Assembly: GCA_963728425.1 (NCBI GenBank)
Contig: CAVSKC010000018.1
Span: 7,164 to 71,163 of the forward strand
DNA length: 64,000 nt
Reading direction: 5' to 3'
From: an uncultured Actinomycetota bacterium
GTDB taxonomy: Bacteria > Actinomycetota > Actinomycetes > JACCUZ01
Below the pieces are notes generated by a model, which saw only the letters and a program-made list of their open reading frames with translations, was not told the DNA's origin and made no database searches. How positions within the stretch are numbered: position 1 is the first letter of the stretch; each line of letters opens with the position of its first letter. Of the stretch, positions 1-11,724 are shown one piece after another. Position numbers and translations under genes: made by a program.

Positions 1-3000
1 CGTGGTCGAGGACGACACCGACGCCGTGTTCGACACGTCCGCGATCCGCCCCGGGTTCACCTTCATGACCAGGGTCAGCACCACAGCCTGGTCAGACTCC
101 TGCACCGTGCCCAGGTTCCAGGTCACCACGCCGAGCAGCCAGAGTGCCGCCACCGCCACCGGTGGCCGACACGAAGCTGGTCCCAGCCGGCACCGCATCA
201 GACACCGACACATTCAGCGCGTCCGACGGCCCGGCCGAGTCCACCGTGATCGTGTAGGTCAGCTCGTTGCCGGCCAACACCGGATCCGGCGAGTCCGACT
301 TCGTGATCGACAGATCCGCCTCGGCCACCACATCGGTGTCCTCCAGGGCGGTGTTGTTCGCCGGGTTCGGGTCATCCTCGGTCGCGCTGACCACAGCCTT
401 GTTGGTCAGCGTCGTGCCGTCGGCGACGTCCGCGTCAACGTCCACGGTCAGCTTGACCGTCCGGCTCGAGCCCGACTCCAGCGCCCCACCGACACCGCAT
501 CGCCCGAGGAGTAAGAGCTGAACTCCGACTCATCCGAGCACAGCACTACCGGGGCGAACACCACACACACCCGGGCATTGGACACCCCGGCCGGCAGCGT
601 GTCCTTCAGCACGACGTCGGCCGCGTCCGAGGGACCGTTGTTGGACACCGTGATCGTGTAGTAGAGGCTCTCCCCCGCCCGGACCGGCTCCGGGGTGGCC
701 ACCTTCAGATCCGCCACATCCGCAGACCGATCCACATGGGTGGTCTCGGTCGCCGAGTTGTTCGCCGGGGTCGGGTCCGTGGTCGAGGACGACACCGACG
801 CCGTGTTCGACAGGGTCGTGTCATCAGCCACGCTCGAGGCCACCTTGACCACCAGGGTCAGCACCACAGCCGGGTCAGACTCCTGCACCGTGCCCAGGTT
901 CCAGGTCACCACGCCAGCAGCCAGAGTGCCGCCACCGCCACCGGTGGCCGACACGAAGCTGGTCCCAGCCGGCACCGCATCAGACACCGACACATTCAGC
1001 GCATCCGAGGGCCCGGCCGAGTCCACCGTGATCGTGTAGGTCAGCTCGTTGCCGGCCAACACCGGATCCGGCGAGTCCGACTTCGTGATCGACAAGTTCG
1101 CCGCCGTCTGGACCGTGGTGTCCTCGGTCGCCGAGTTGTTCCCCGGGGCCGGGTCCGTGGTCGAGGACGACACCGACGCCGTGTTCGACACGTCCGCGAT
1201 CCGCCCCGGGTTCACCTTGACCACCAGGGTCAGCACCACAGCCGGGTCAGACTCCTGCACCGTGCCCAGGTTCCAGGTCACCACGCCAGCAGCCAGAGTG
1301 CCGCCACCGCCACCGGTGGCCGACACGAAGCTGGTCCAGCCGGCACCGCATCAGACACCGACACATTCAGCGCGTCCGACGGCCCGGCCGAGTCCACCGT
1401 GATCGTGTAGGTCAGCTCGTTGCCGGCCAACACCGGATCCGGCGAGTCCGACTTCGTGATCGACAAGTTCGCCGCCGTCTGGACCGTGGTGTCCTCGGTC
1501 GCCGAGTTGTTCCCCGGGGCCGGGTCCGTGGTCGAGGACGACACCGACGCCGTGTTCGACACGTCCGCGATCCGCCCCGGGTTCACCTTGACCACCAGGG
1601 TCAGCACCACAGCCGGGTCAGACTCCTGCACCGTGCCCAGGTTCCAGGTCACCACGCCAGCAGCCAGAGTGCCGCCACCGCCACCGGTGGCCGACACGAA
1701 GCTGGTCCCAGCCGGCACCGCATCAGACACCGACACATTCAGCGCGTCCGACGGCCCGGCCGAGTCCACCGTGATCGTGTAGGTCAGCTCGTTGCCGGCC
1801 AACACCGGATCCGGCGAGTCCGACTTCGTGATCGACAAGTTCGCCGCCGTCTGGACCGTGGTGTCCTCGGTCGCCGAGTTGTTCCCCGGGGCCGGGTCCG
1901 TGGTCGAGGACGACACCGACGCCGTGTTCGACACGTCCGCGATCCGCCCCGGGTTCACCTTGACCACCAGGGTCAGCACCACAGCCTGGTCAGACTCCTG
2001 CACCGTGCCCAGGTTCCAGGTCACCACGCCAGCAGCCAGAGTGCCGCCACCGCCACCGGTGGCCGACACGAAGCTGGTCCCAGCCGGCACCGCATCAGAC
2101 ACCGACACATTCAGCGCGTCCGACGGCCCGGCCGAGTCCACCGTGATCGTGTAGGTCAGCTCGTTGCCGGCCAACACCGGATCCGGCGAGTCCGACTTCG
2201 TGATCGACAGATTCGCCGCCGTCTGGACCGTGGTGTCCTCGGTCGCCGAGTTGTTCCCCGGGGCCGGGTCCGTGGTCGAGGACGACACCGACGCCGTGTT
2301 CGACACGTCCGCGATCCGCCCCGGGTTCACCTTGACCACCAGGGTCAGCACCACAGCCGGGTCAGACTCCTGCACCGTGCCCAGGTTCCAGGTCACCACG
2401 CCAGCAGCCAGAGTGCCGCCACCGCCACCGGTGGCCGACACGAAGCTGGTCCCAGCCGGCACCGCATCAGACACCGACACATTCAGCGCGTCCGACGGCC
2501 CGGCCGAGTCCACCGTGATCGTGTAGGTCAGCTCGTTGCCGGCCAACACCGGATCCGGCGAGTCCGACTTCGTGATCGACAGATCCGCCTCGGCCACCAC
2601 ATCGGTGTCCTCCAGGGCGGTGTTGTTCGCCGGGTTCGGGTCATCCTCGGTCGCGCTGACCACAGCCTTGTTGGTCAGCGTCGTGCCGTCGGCGACGTCC
2701 GCGTCAACGTCCACGGTCAGCTTGACCGTCCGGCTCGAGCCCGACTCCAGCGTCCCCACCGACACCGCATCGCCCAGGAGAAGAGCTGAACTCCGACTCA
2801 TCCGAGCACAGCACTAGCGGGGCGAACACCACACACACCCGGGCATTGGACACCCCGGCCGGCAGCGTGTCCATCAGCACGACGTCGGCCGCGTCCGAGG
2901 GACCGTTGTTGGACACCGTGATCGTGTAGTAGAGGCTCTCCCCCGCCCGGACCGGCTCCGGCGTGGCCACCTTCAGATCCGCCAAATCCGCAGACCGATC

Positions 3001-6000
3001 CACATGGGTGGTCTCGGTCGCCGAGTTGTTCCCCGGGGTCGGGTCCGTGGTCGAGGACGACACCGACGCCGTGTTCGACAGGGTCGTGTCGATCCGCCAC
3101 GCCGGGGCCACCTTGACCACCAGGGTCAGCACCACAGCCGGGTCAGACTCCTGCACCGTGCCCAGGTTCCAGGTCACCACGCCAGCAGCCAGAGCGCCGC
3201 CACCGCCACCGGTGGCCGACACGAAGCTGGTCCCAGCCGGCACCGCATCAGACACCGACACATTCAGCGCGTCCGACGGCCCGGCCGAGTCCACCGTGAT
3301 CGTGTAGGTCAGCTCGTTGCCGGCCAACACCGGATCCGGCGAGTCCGACTTCGTGATCGACAAGTTCGCCGCCGTCTGGACCGTGGTGTCCTCGGTCGCC
3401 GAGTTGTTCCCCGGGGCCGGGTCCGTGGTCGAGGACGACACCGACGCCGTGTTCGACACGTCCGCGATCCGCCCCGGGTTCACCTTGACCACCAGGGTCA
3501 GCACCACAGCCGGGTCAGACTCCTGCACCGTGCCCAGGTTCCAGGTCACCACGCCAGCAGCCAGAGTGCCGCCACCGCCACCGGTGGCCGACACGAAGCT
3601 GGTCCCAGCCGGCACCGCATCAGACACCGACACATTCAGCGCGTCCGACGGCCCGGCCGAGTCCACCGTGATCGTGTAGGTCAGCTCGTTGCCGGCCAAC
3701 ACCGGATCCGGCGAGTCCGACTTCGTGATCGACAGATTCGCCGCCGTCTGGACCGTGGTGTCCTCGGTCGCCGAGTTGTTCCCCGGGGCCGGGTCCGTGG
3801 TCGAGGACGACACCGACGCCGTGTTCGACACGTCCGCGATCCGCCCCGGGTTCACCTTGACCACCAGGGTCAGCACCACAGCCGGGTCAGACTCCTGCAC
3901 CGTGCCCAGGTTCCAGGTCACCACGCCAGCAGCCAGAGTGCCGCCACCGCCACCGGTGGCCGACACGAAGCTGGTCCCAGCCGGCACCGCATCAGACACC
4001 GACACATTCAGCGCGTCCGACGGCCCGGCCGAGTCCACCGTGATCGTGTAGGTCAGCTCGTTGCCGGCCAACACCGGATCCGGCGAGTCCGACTTCGTGA
4101 TCGACAGATTCGCCGCCGTCTGGACCGTGGTGTCCTCGGTCGCCGAGTTGTTCCCCGGGGCCGGGTCCGTGGTCGAGGACGACACCGACGCCGTGTTCGA
4201 CACGTCCGCGATCCGCCCCGGGTTCACCTTGACCACCAGGGTCAGCACCACAGCCGGGTCAGACTCCTGCACCGTGCCCAGGTTCCAGGTCACCACGCCA
4301 GCAGCCAGAGTGCCGCCACCGCCACCGGTGGCCGACACGAAGCTGGTCCCAGCCGGCACCGCATCAGACACCGACACATTCAGCGCGTCCGACGGCCCGG
4401 CCGAGTCCACCGTGATCGTGTAGGTCAGCTCGTTGCCGGCCAACACCGGATCCGGCGAGTCCGACTTCGTGATCGACAAGTTCGCCGCCGTCTGGACCGT
4501 GGTGTCCTCGGTCGCCGAGTTGTTCCCCGGGGCCGGGTCCGTGGTCGAGGACGACACCGACGCCGTGTTCGACACGTCCGCGATCCGCCCCGGGTTCACC
4601 TTGACCACCAGGGTCAGCACCACAGCCGGGTCAGACTCCTGCACCGTGCCCAGGTTCCAGGTCACCACGCCAGCAGCCAGAGTGCCGCCACCGCCACCGG
4701 TGGCCGACACGAAGCTGGTCCCAGCCGGCACCGCATCAGACACCGACACATTCAGCGCGTCCGACGGCCCGGCCGAGTCCACCGTGATCGTGTAGGTCAG
4801 CTCGTTGCCGGCCAACACCGGATCCGGCGAGTCCGACTTCGTGATCGACAGATCCGCCTCGGCCACCACATCGGTGTCCTCCAGGGCGGTGTTGTTCGCC
4901 GGGTTCGGGTCATCCTCGGTCGCGCTGACCACAGCCTTGTTGGTCAGCGTCGTGCCGTCGGCGACGTCCGCGTCAACGTCCACGGTCAGCTTGACCGTCC
5001 GGCTCGAGCCCGACTCCAGCGTCCCCACCGACACCGCATCGCCCGAGGAGTAAGAGCTGAACTCCGACTCATCCGAGCACAGCACTACCGGGGCGAACAC
5101 CACACACACCCGGGCATTGGACACCCCGGCCGGCAGCGTGTCCTTCAGCACGACGTCGGCCGCGTCCGAGGGACCGTTGTTGGACACCGTGATCGTGTAG
5201 TAGAGGCTCTCCCCCGCCCGGACCGGCTCCGGGGTGGCCACCTTCAGATCCGCCACATCCGCAGACCGATCCACATGGGTGGTCTCGGTCGCCGTGTTGT
5301 TCGCCGGGGTCGGGTCCGTGGTCGAGGACGACACCGACGCCGTGTTCGACAGGGTCGTGTCATCAGCCACGCTCGAGGCCACCTTGACCACCAGGGTCAG
5401 CACCACAGCCGGGTCAGACTCCTGCACCGTGCCCAGGTTCCAGGTCACCGTGCCAGCAGCCAGAGTGCCGCCACCGCCACCGGTGGCCGACACGAAGCTG
5501 GTCCCAGCCGGCACCGCATCAGACACCGACACATTCAGCGCGTCCGACGGCCCGGCCGAGTCCACCGTGATCGTGTAGGTCAGCTCGTTGCCGGCCAACA
5601 CCGGATCCGGCGAGTCCGACTTCGTGATCGACAGATTCGCCGCCGTCTGGACCGTGGTGTCCTCGGTCGCCGAGTTGTTCCCCGGGGCCGGGTCCGTGGT
5701 CGAGGACGACACCGACGCCGTGTTCGACACGTCCGCGATCCGCCCCGGGTTCACCTTGACCACCAGGGTCAGCACCACAGCCGGGTCAGACTCCTGCACC
5801 GTGCCCAGGTTCCAGGTCACCACGCCAGCAGCCAGAGTGCCGCCACCGCCACCGGTGGCCGACACGAAGCTGGTCCCAGCCGGCACCGCATCAGACACCG
5901 ACACATTCAGCGCGTCCGACGGCCCGGCCGAGTCCACCGTGATCGTGTAGGTCAGCTCGTTGCCGGCCAACACCGGATCCGGCGAGTCCGACTTCGTGAT

Positions 6001-6760
6001 CGACAGATTCGCCGCCGTCTGGACCGTGGTGTCCTCGGTCGCCGAGTTGTTCCCCGGGGCCGGGTCCGTGGTCGAGGACGACACCGACGCCGTGTTCGAC
6101 ACGTCCGCGATCCGCCCCGGGTTCACCTTGACCACCAGGGTCAGCACCACAGCCGGGTCAGACTCCTGCACCGTGCCCAGGTTCCAGGTCACCACGCCAG
6201 CAGCCAGAGTGCCGCCACCGCCACCGGTGGCCGACACGAAGCTGGTCCCAGCCGGCACCGCATCAGACACCGACACATTCAGCGCGTCCGACGGCCCGGC
6301 CGAGTCCACCGTGATCGTGTAGGTCAGCTCGTTGCCGGCCAACACCGGATCCGGCGAGTCCGACTTCGTGATCGACAGATTCGCCGCCGTCTGGACCGTG
6401 GTGTCCTCGGTCGCCGAGTTGTTCCCCGGGGCCGGGTCCGTGGTCGAGGACGACACCGACGCCGTGTTCGACACGTCCGCGATCCGCCCCGGGTTCACCT
6501 TGACCACCAGGGTCAGCACCACAGCCGGGTCAGACTCCTGCACCGTGCCCAGGTTCCAGGTCACCACGCCAGCAGCCAGAGTGCCGCCACCGCCACCGGT
6601 GGCCGACACGAAGCTGGTCCCAGCCGGCACCGCATCAGACACCGACACATTCAGCGCGTCCGACGGCCCGGCCGAGTCCACCGTGATCGTGTAGGTCAGC
6701 TCGTTGCCGGCCAACACCGGATCCGGCGAGTCCGACTTCGTGATCGACAAGTTCGGCCTC
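1..6760. repeat. Tandem 372-bp (124-codon) coding repeat with at least 12 near-identical units. The units are nested in a 2269-2271-bp higher-order repeat (4 identical units plus 2 divergent modules) present about 3 times.
   Basis: ORF markers recur at 1420/1792/2164, 3317/3689/4061/4433 and 5588/5960/6332, each 372 bp apart. The divergent modules recur at 267/2536/4805 and 695/2963/5234. Translated units are identical or differ by a single residue (K/R). Confidence 0.9.
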
Positions 6761-9166
6761 ACGACCCACCGTCGTGGATATCGTCGAGGAGTCGTTGCCG
6801 GCCGCCGGGTCGGTCGGAGCCTGCCCCGACACCGACGCCGTGTTCGAGATACTGCTCACCGTCGACCCCGGCTTGATCTGCGCCCGGATCTTCACCACCG
6901 TCGTGGCACCAGCGTTGATCCCGCCCACCGCGAGGGACCCGGTCCAGGACGGGGCACCCACCGCCGACGGGTCACAGGCCAGACCCACGCAGTAGGTCGC
7001 GTTCTGCAGCTCGCCCGACAGCGTGTCGGTCAGCGTCGCAGCCGTGTTGTTCGACGGACCCAGGTTCTCCACCTGGACCGAGTACACGACGTACTCGCCG
7101 GCCTTCGCACTCGCCGGCCCTGACTTCGTCACCTTCAGGTCGGCCTCACGACCCACCGTCGTGGATATCGTCGAGGAGTCGTTGCCGGCCGCCGGGTCGG
7201 TCGGAGCCTGCCCCGACACCGACGCCGTGTTCGAGATACTGCTCACCGTCGACCCCGGCTTGATCTGCGCCCGGATCTTCACCACCGTCGTGGCACCAGC
7301 GTTGATCCCGCCCACCGCGAGGGACCCGGTCCAGGACGGGGCACCCACCGCCGACGGGTCACAGGCCAGACCCACGCAGTAGGTCGCGTTCTGCAGCTCG
7401 CCCGACAGCGTGTCGGTCAGCGTCGCAGCCGTGTTGTTCGACGGACCCAGGTTCTCCACCTGGACCGAGTACACGACGTACTCGCCGGCCTTCGCACTCG
7501 CCGGCCCTGACTTCGTCACCTTCAGGTCGGCCTCACGACCCACCGTCGTGGATATCGTCGAGGAGTCGTTGCCGGCCGCCGGGTCGGTCGGAGCCTGCCC
7601 CGACACCGACGCCGTGTTCGAGATACTGCTCACCGTCGACCCCGGCTTGATCTGCGCCCGGATCTTCACCACCGTCGTGGCACCAGCGTTGATCCCGCCC
7701 ACCGCGAGGGACCCGGTCCAGGACGGGGCACCCACCGCCGACGGGTCACAGGCCAGACCCACGCAGTAGGTCGCGTTCTGCAGCTCGCCCGACAGCGTGT
7801 CGGTCAGCGTCGCAGCCGTGTTGTTCGACGGACCCAGGTTCTCCACCTGGACCGAGTACACGACGTACTCGCCGGCCTTCGCACTCGCCGGCCCTGACTT
7901 CGTCACCTTCAGGTCGGCCTCACGACCCACCGTCGTGGATATCGTCGAGGAGTCGTTGCCGGCCGCCGGGTCGGTCGGAGCCTGACCCGACACCGACGCC
8001 GTGTTCGAGATACTGCTCACCGTCGACCCCGGCTTGATCTGCGCCCGGATCTTCACCATCGTCGTGGCACCAGCGTTGATCCCGCCCACGCGAGGGACCC
8101 GGTCCAGGACGGGGCACCCACCGCCAACGGGTCACAGGCCAGACCCACGCAGTAGGTCGCGTTCTGCAGCTCGCCCGACAGCGTGTCGGTCAGCGTCGCA
8201 GCCGTGTTGTTCGACGGACCCAGGTTCTCCACCGGCACCGAGTACACGACGTACTCGCCGGCCTTCGCACTCGCCGGCCCCGACTTCGTCACCCTCAGAT
8301 CCGCGGCGTTCCCGACCGACGTAACTGCGCTGGCGGTGTTATTTCCTGGCGTGTTGTCGTTCGGAGAACTCACCGTCGCGGAATTCGTGATTGACCCAGG
8401 GGTCGCCGGCGCCGTTACAACGATCGTGATGTTCGGTGCTGCGCCCGGCGCCAGGTTCCCGCCGGTGCGATTGCAGGTGACTGTGGTCGTGCCCGTGCAG
8501 GTCCAGTTCGTGCCAGTGGCGCTCACGAATGTGGTGCCCGCCGGAAGGGTGTCGACGACCTTGACGGCCGATGCGTCGTTGGGCCCTGCGTTGTTGACAC
8601 CTATCGTGTAGGTGAGCATCCCGCTGGTAGTCACAGGATCCGGCGAGTCAGTCTTTGTGATGGATAGATCGGCGAGGCCAGCGGCAACGGTGATTGATCC
8701 ACCGGTTGTCGACACCGACTGGTTGGTGCCCGAGGGCGGGTTGCTCGCGTTCGTGCTCGGGTCTGAGGAGACCAGGTACGAGCCGGATACGCAATTCGGC
8801 GTTGTAGTGAACTGACCGTCAGTGTGCCATTGACGTCAATATCACCACCGACATGCGGATGAAGCCATCGGTGACGACCGGCGCGTGTAGCCATTGCCGC
8901 CAGTGTTGGACAGTCGTCACGCCGGTCGGGGTGCTGAAACAAGTCGGCACGGCGACGTCGGTGTACTTGATTCCGCTGCCTGTCTGCGTGACCCGGACTC
9001 GAAGCGTCGCGGCGATTCCATTCTGCAGGACGGGGTTGGGATCGCAGTTCCGCCCGCGTCCACGAAGCTCGATCGTAGCTGACGGATTCGTGATGTTGCC
9101 GATCAGGACTGGCGGGTTGTCGTTCTGCTCACCCGCCGTACCCGCGGTGTTGGTGAATGTCTGCAT
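1..9166 (-). CDS. Giant secreted/cell-surface repeat protein made of DUF11 (TIGR01451-type conserved repeat domain) modules. The 3' end lies beyond the left edge. The frame is interrupted at least 8 times in this sequence.
   Basis: Minus-strand ORFs 92..445, 448..1326, 1278..2801, 2704..6762 (1352 aa), 6635..8089, 8053..8715 and 8819..9166 form one colinear protein. It carries repeated modules DLSITKSDSPDPVLAGNELTYTITVDSAGPSDALNVSVSDAVPAGTSFVSATGGGG..VTWNLGTV..VVLTLVVKV and DLKVTKSGPASAKAGEYVVYSVQVENLGPSNNTAATLTDTL. The peptides continue sensibly across each frame change. Confidence 0.85.
6760..8300. repeat. Tandem 387-bp (129-codon) coding repeat, about 4 copies, of a second DUF11-type module family.
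   Basis: ORF markers at 7023/7410/7797/8183 are spaced 387, 387 and 386 bp. The 119-aa translations of the 7023 and 7410 copies are identical. The sense peptide ...GGINAGATTVVKIRAQIKPGSTVSSISNTASVSGQAPTDPAAGNDSSTISTTVGREADLKVTK... repeats. Confidence 0.9.
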
Positions 9167-9308
9167 GAGCCAATCGGCGGCATTGCCGCTTCTGGTTCGC
9201 CGGCGGCGTCGTGGCCGTCACGTCAATCCGCGCCCAGCCGACGTTGATTGGCGCAGCCCCGTTCCGGCGGTGAGCTGAGACGTCGACAGTCCTTCGCGCT
9301 GGGGACAC

Positions 9309-10859
9309 CTAGGCTGGGTGACGACTGGCGTGCTCCACGTTCCGGAGGAGAATGCCGTCGCGGCCACGCTGATGCTCGAGTAGCCGACGCGGCAGCGTGA
9401 TGCGGACGTGCTGGACGGTGCCGCCGGTGGTCTTGCGGTAGAGCGTGCTGAAGGTGGTCGTCGTGTTGGTCGGCGCCCAGCCGGGCGCGACGTGGGCGTC
9501 GTTGTTCGCGGCCACGACGTAGGGCCCGACGAAGGGGCCGCCGTCGCCGACGGGGGCGGCGCCGGCGGGCTTGACCGCGTCGGTGCGAGATGTCAGCGAC
9601 GGCGCGGCCGAGGTTGAGGCGGCCGTTGCCGGTCTGCTCGGCCGTGCCGGCCGCGTCGGCGTTGCGCGCCAGGCGGCCGACGATGACGCCAGGGCCCGGC
9701 CGAGCGCGTCAGCAGCTGCCAGCAGCACCGGCGGCACCGGCGACGACGGCGGCGGAGGCCGACGTACCGGTGACTGAGGTGATGCCGCCACCGGCGGCGT
9801 CGGTGACGATCCCGACGCCAGGCGCGGCGAGGAAGGTGTCGGCGCCGTAGTTCGACGACGACGACAGCGCGTCCGACTCGTTGGTCGCCGAGACGCCGAC
9901 GACCCCGGTCGAGCCGGCCGGGAAGGTCGGCGTCGAGACGCCGTCGTTGCCGGTCGCCGCGACGAGCACGGCGCCCTTGTCCCAGGCGTAGTCGAGAGCC
10001 GCCTGCAGGGCCGGCGAGTAGCCCGGGTTCGAGAACGACATCAGGATGACGTCGGCGCCGTGGTCGGCCGCCTAGACGACACCGGCGATGATGTCGCTGT
10101 CCTGGCCGGTGCCGTCCGCGCCGAGCACCGTGACCGGCATGACCTTGACGCCGTCGTAGCCGACGCCCGCGATCCCGACGACCGTTGTTGGTGTCGGCGG
10201 CGACGATGCCGGCCATGGCGGTGCCGTGACCGTTCGGGTCGGCGAGGCGGGTCGCGAGCCGTCGAGCACCGAGGTGCCGGCGACCAGCTGGCCGGCCAGG
10301 TCGGCGTGCGAGCCGTCGACACCGGTGTCGAGCACGGCGACGACGGAGGACCCGGCCGGGCGTCACCGCGTCACGCGCCGCGTCCCAGCCGATCTTCGGC
10401 AGGGCCCACTGGTCGGCGTACGACGGGTCGTCCGGGCGTGCCCTCGGCGACGCGCTCGCGGTCGAGGTTGACGTTCGTGACCGACGGCAGCGCGCGCAGC
10501 GAGTCAGCGACCGACGCACGCGTGTCGGCCGGGACGAGTGACACGCGTGCATCCGCAGCTGCGGGATGGCGTCGACGTCGGTCGCGCCGGCGTCGGCGAG
10601 CACGGCCGCCTGGTCGGCGGCCGAGGCGCCGGCGGCGAACGTGACCAGGTACGAGACCGGCGCCACGGCGGGGGCGTCGTCTCCTCGGCCGAGGCCTGCA
10701 GCATCGGCGTCGTCAGCCCCGCGACGACCACGGCGAACGCCGTGACCGCCGCCCGGAGCGGCGCGGACCCGCAGGATCCGCTCGCTGAACACCAGCTGTC
10801 GTCGGTGCCGACCCCCCGGCGTCCCGAAGAAGCTGCTGCGTCGCAGTGACTCAGCCATG
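9309..10859 (-). CDS. Secreted subtilisin-like serine protease (peptidase S8 with an N-terminal I9 inhibitor-type propeptide). It has several frameshifts and one in-frame TAG, and may be the N-terminal head of the DUF11 giant protein.
   Basis: Start MAESLRRSSFF at 10859. Signal-like RAAVTAFAVVVAGLTTPMLQASA, then propeptide VSYLVTFAAGASAADQAAVLADAGATDVDAIPQL. Catalytic motifs are VAVLDTGVDGSHADL (Asp), GHGTAMAGIVAA (His) and GTSASAAVVAG (Ser). The pieces lie in ORFs 9593..10960, 10504..10926, 10072..10335, 9709..10041 and 9309..9791. Confidence 0.85.
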
Positions 10860-10976
10860 TGCGTGTCCCGCCCCTTGGAAACCATCCCGTTGCGTGCGCG
10901 AAGGCACGGCTGGCGCAGGCCAGCACGAGGGAACCTAGGGGTGTCCGCTTTGCCGCACATGACCGAGACGGGTGGT

Positions 10977-11724
10977 CTATGCGTTCAGATCCCTGAACGC
11001 GCTTGCGTGGTCAACAACCTCGTCCGTTCGGCTGATGGCGGCATCATCGGCCGAGCAAACCGGACAAACCGGGCGATCACTCGCCCGCCGAGCACCCTGA
11101 TGGCGGCGGCCCGATCGGGCACCCGCAGCTTCTTGAGCACCGACGAGACGTGCACGCGCACCGTGCCCGGGCGCGACGAACAGCCGCTCCGCGACCTCCT
11201 CGGTCGACAGGCCCTCGCGCAGCAGCTCCATCACCTCCCACTCCCGGGAGGTGAGCTGGGTGGGCCGCTGGGCCTGGACGAAGAGCTTGCGCCGCGACCG
11301 TCCCTGGAACTCCTCGAGCACCCGCGACACCAGCGACCGCGGCAGCGCCGCCTCCCCCGCCAGCACCCCGTGCAACGCCGGCCCGAGCCGGTCCGGGTCC
11401 ATGTCCTTCAGCAGGTAGCCGCGGGCACCGGCCCGCAGCGAGTCGAACAGGTCGTCGTCGTCGCGGGAGTAGGTCAGCATCACGACTGCGCAGTCCGGCA
11501 GCTCGCGGCTGATCTCCTCGGCCGCCGCGATGCCACTACCGGGCATGTGGATGTCCAGCAGGCACGACGTCGGGCGTCAGCGTCGACGGCGAGCTCGACG
11601 ACGGCCCGCGCGTTGGACGCCTCGCCGACGACCTCGAAGCCCTCCGCGTCCAGCGACGCGCGGACGCCGGCGCGCGTCGGCGCATGGTCGTCCGCGACGA
11701 GCACCCTGATCCCGGCGCGGTCAC
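10977..11724 (-). CDS. NarL/FixJ (LuxR-type) two-component response regulator, frame-interrupted.
   Basis: The receiver domain IRVLVADDHAPTRAGVRASLDAEGFEVVGEASNARAVVELA .. DVVLLDIHMPGSGI is reconstructed across a shift. The HTH is LTSREWEVMELLREGLSTEEVAERLFV.PGTVRVHVSSVLKKL. ORFs 11480..11704 and 10977..11546. The GTG start overlaps the kinase stop (GTGA at 11721-11724). Confidence 0.8.

Noticed and set aside
3004-6876. A 1290-aa plus-strand ORF and the series of 120-aa plus-strand ORFs (MPANTGSGESDFVID...) that repeat every 372 bp.
   Set aside because: They are antisense to the DUF11 repeats. Their translations are Arg/His/Gly-rich low complexity (RVRGRGRHRRRVR) or mirror images of the sense repeat. 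Long open antisense frames are expected in very GC-rich coding DNA.
1-8300. The regular repeat array as a possible CRISPR array or DGR variable region.
   Set aside because: The units are 372 and 387 bp, contiguous without spacers, and encode a continuous protein. No cas genes, reverse transcriptase or template repeat are visible anywhere in the window.
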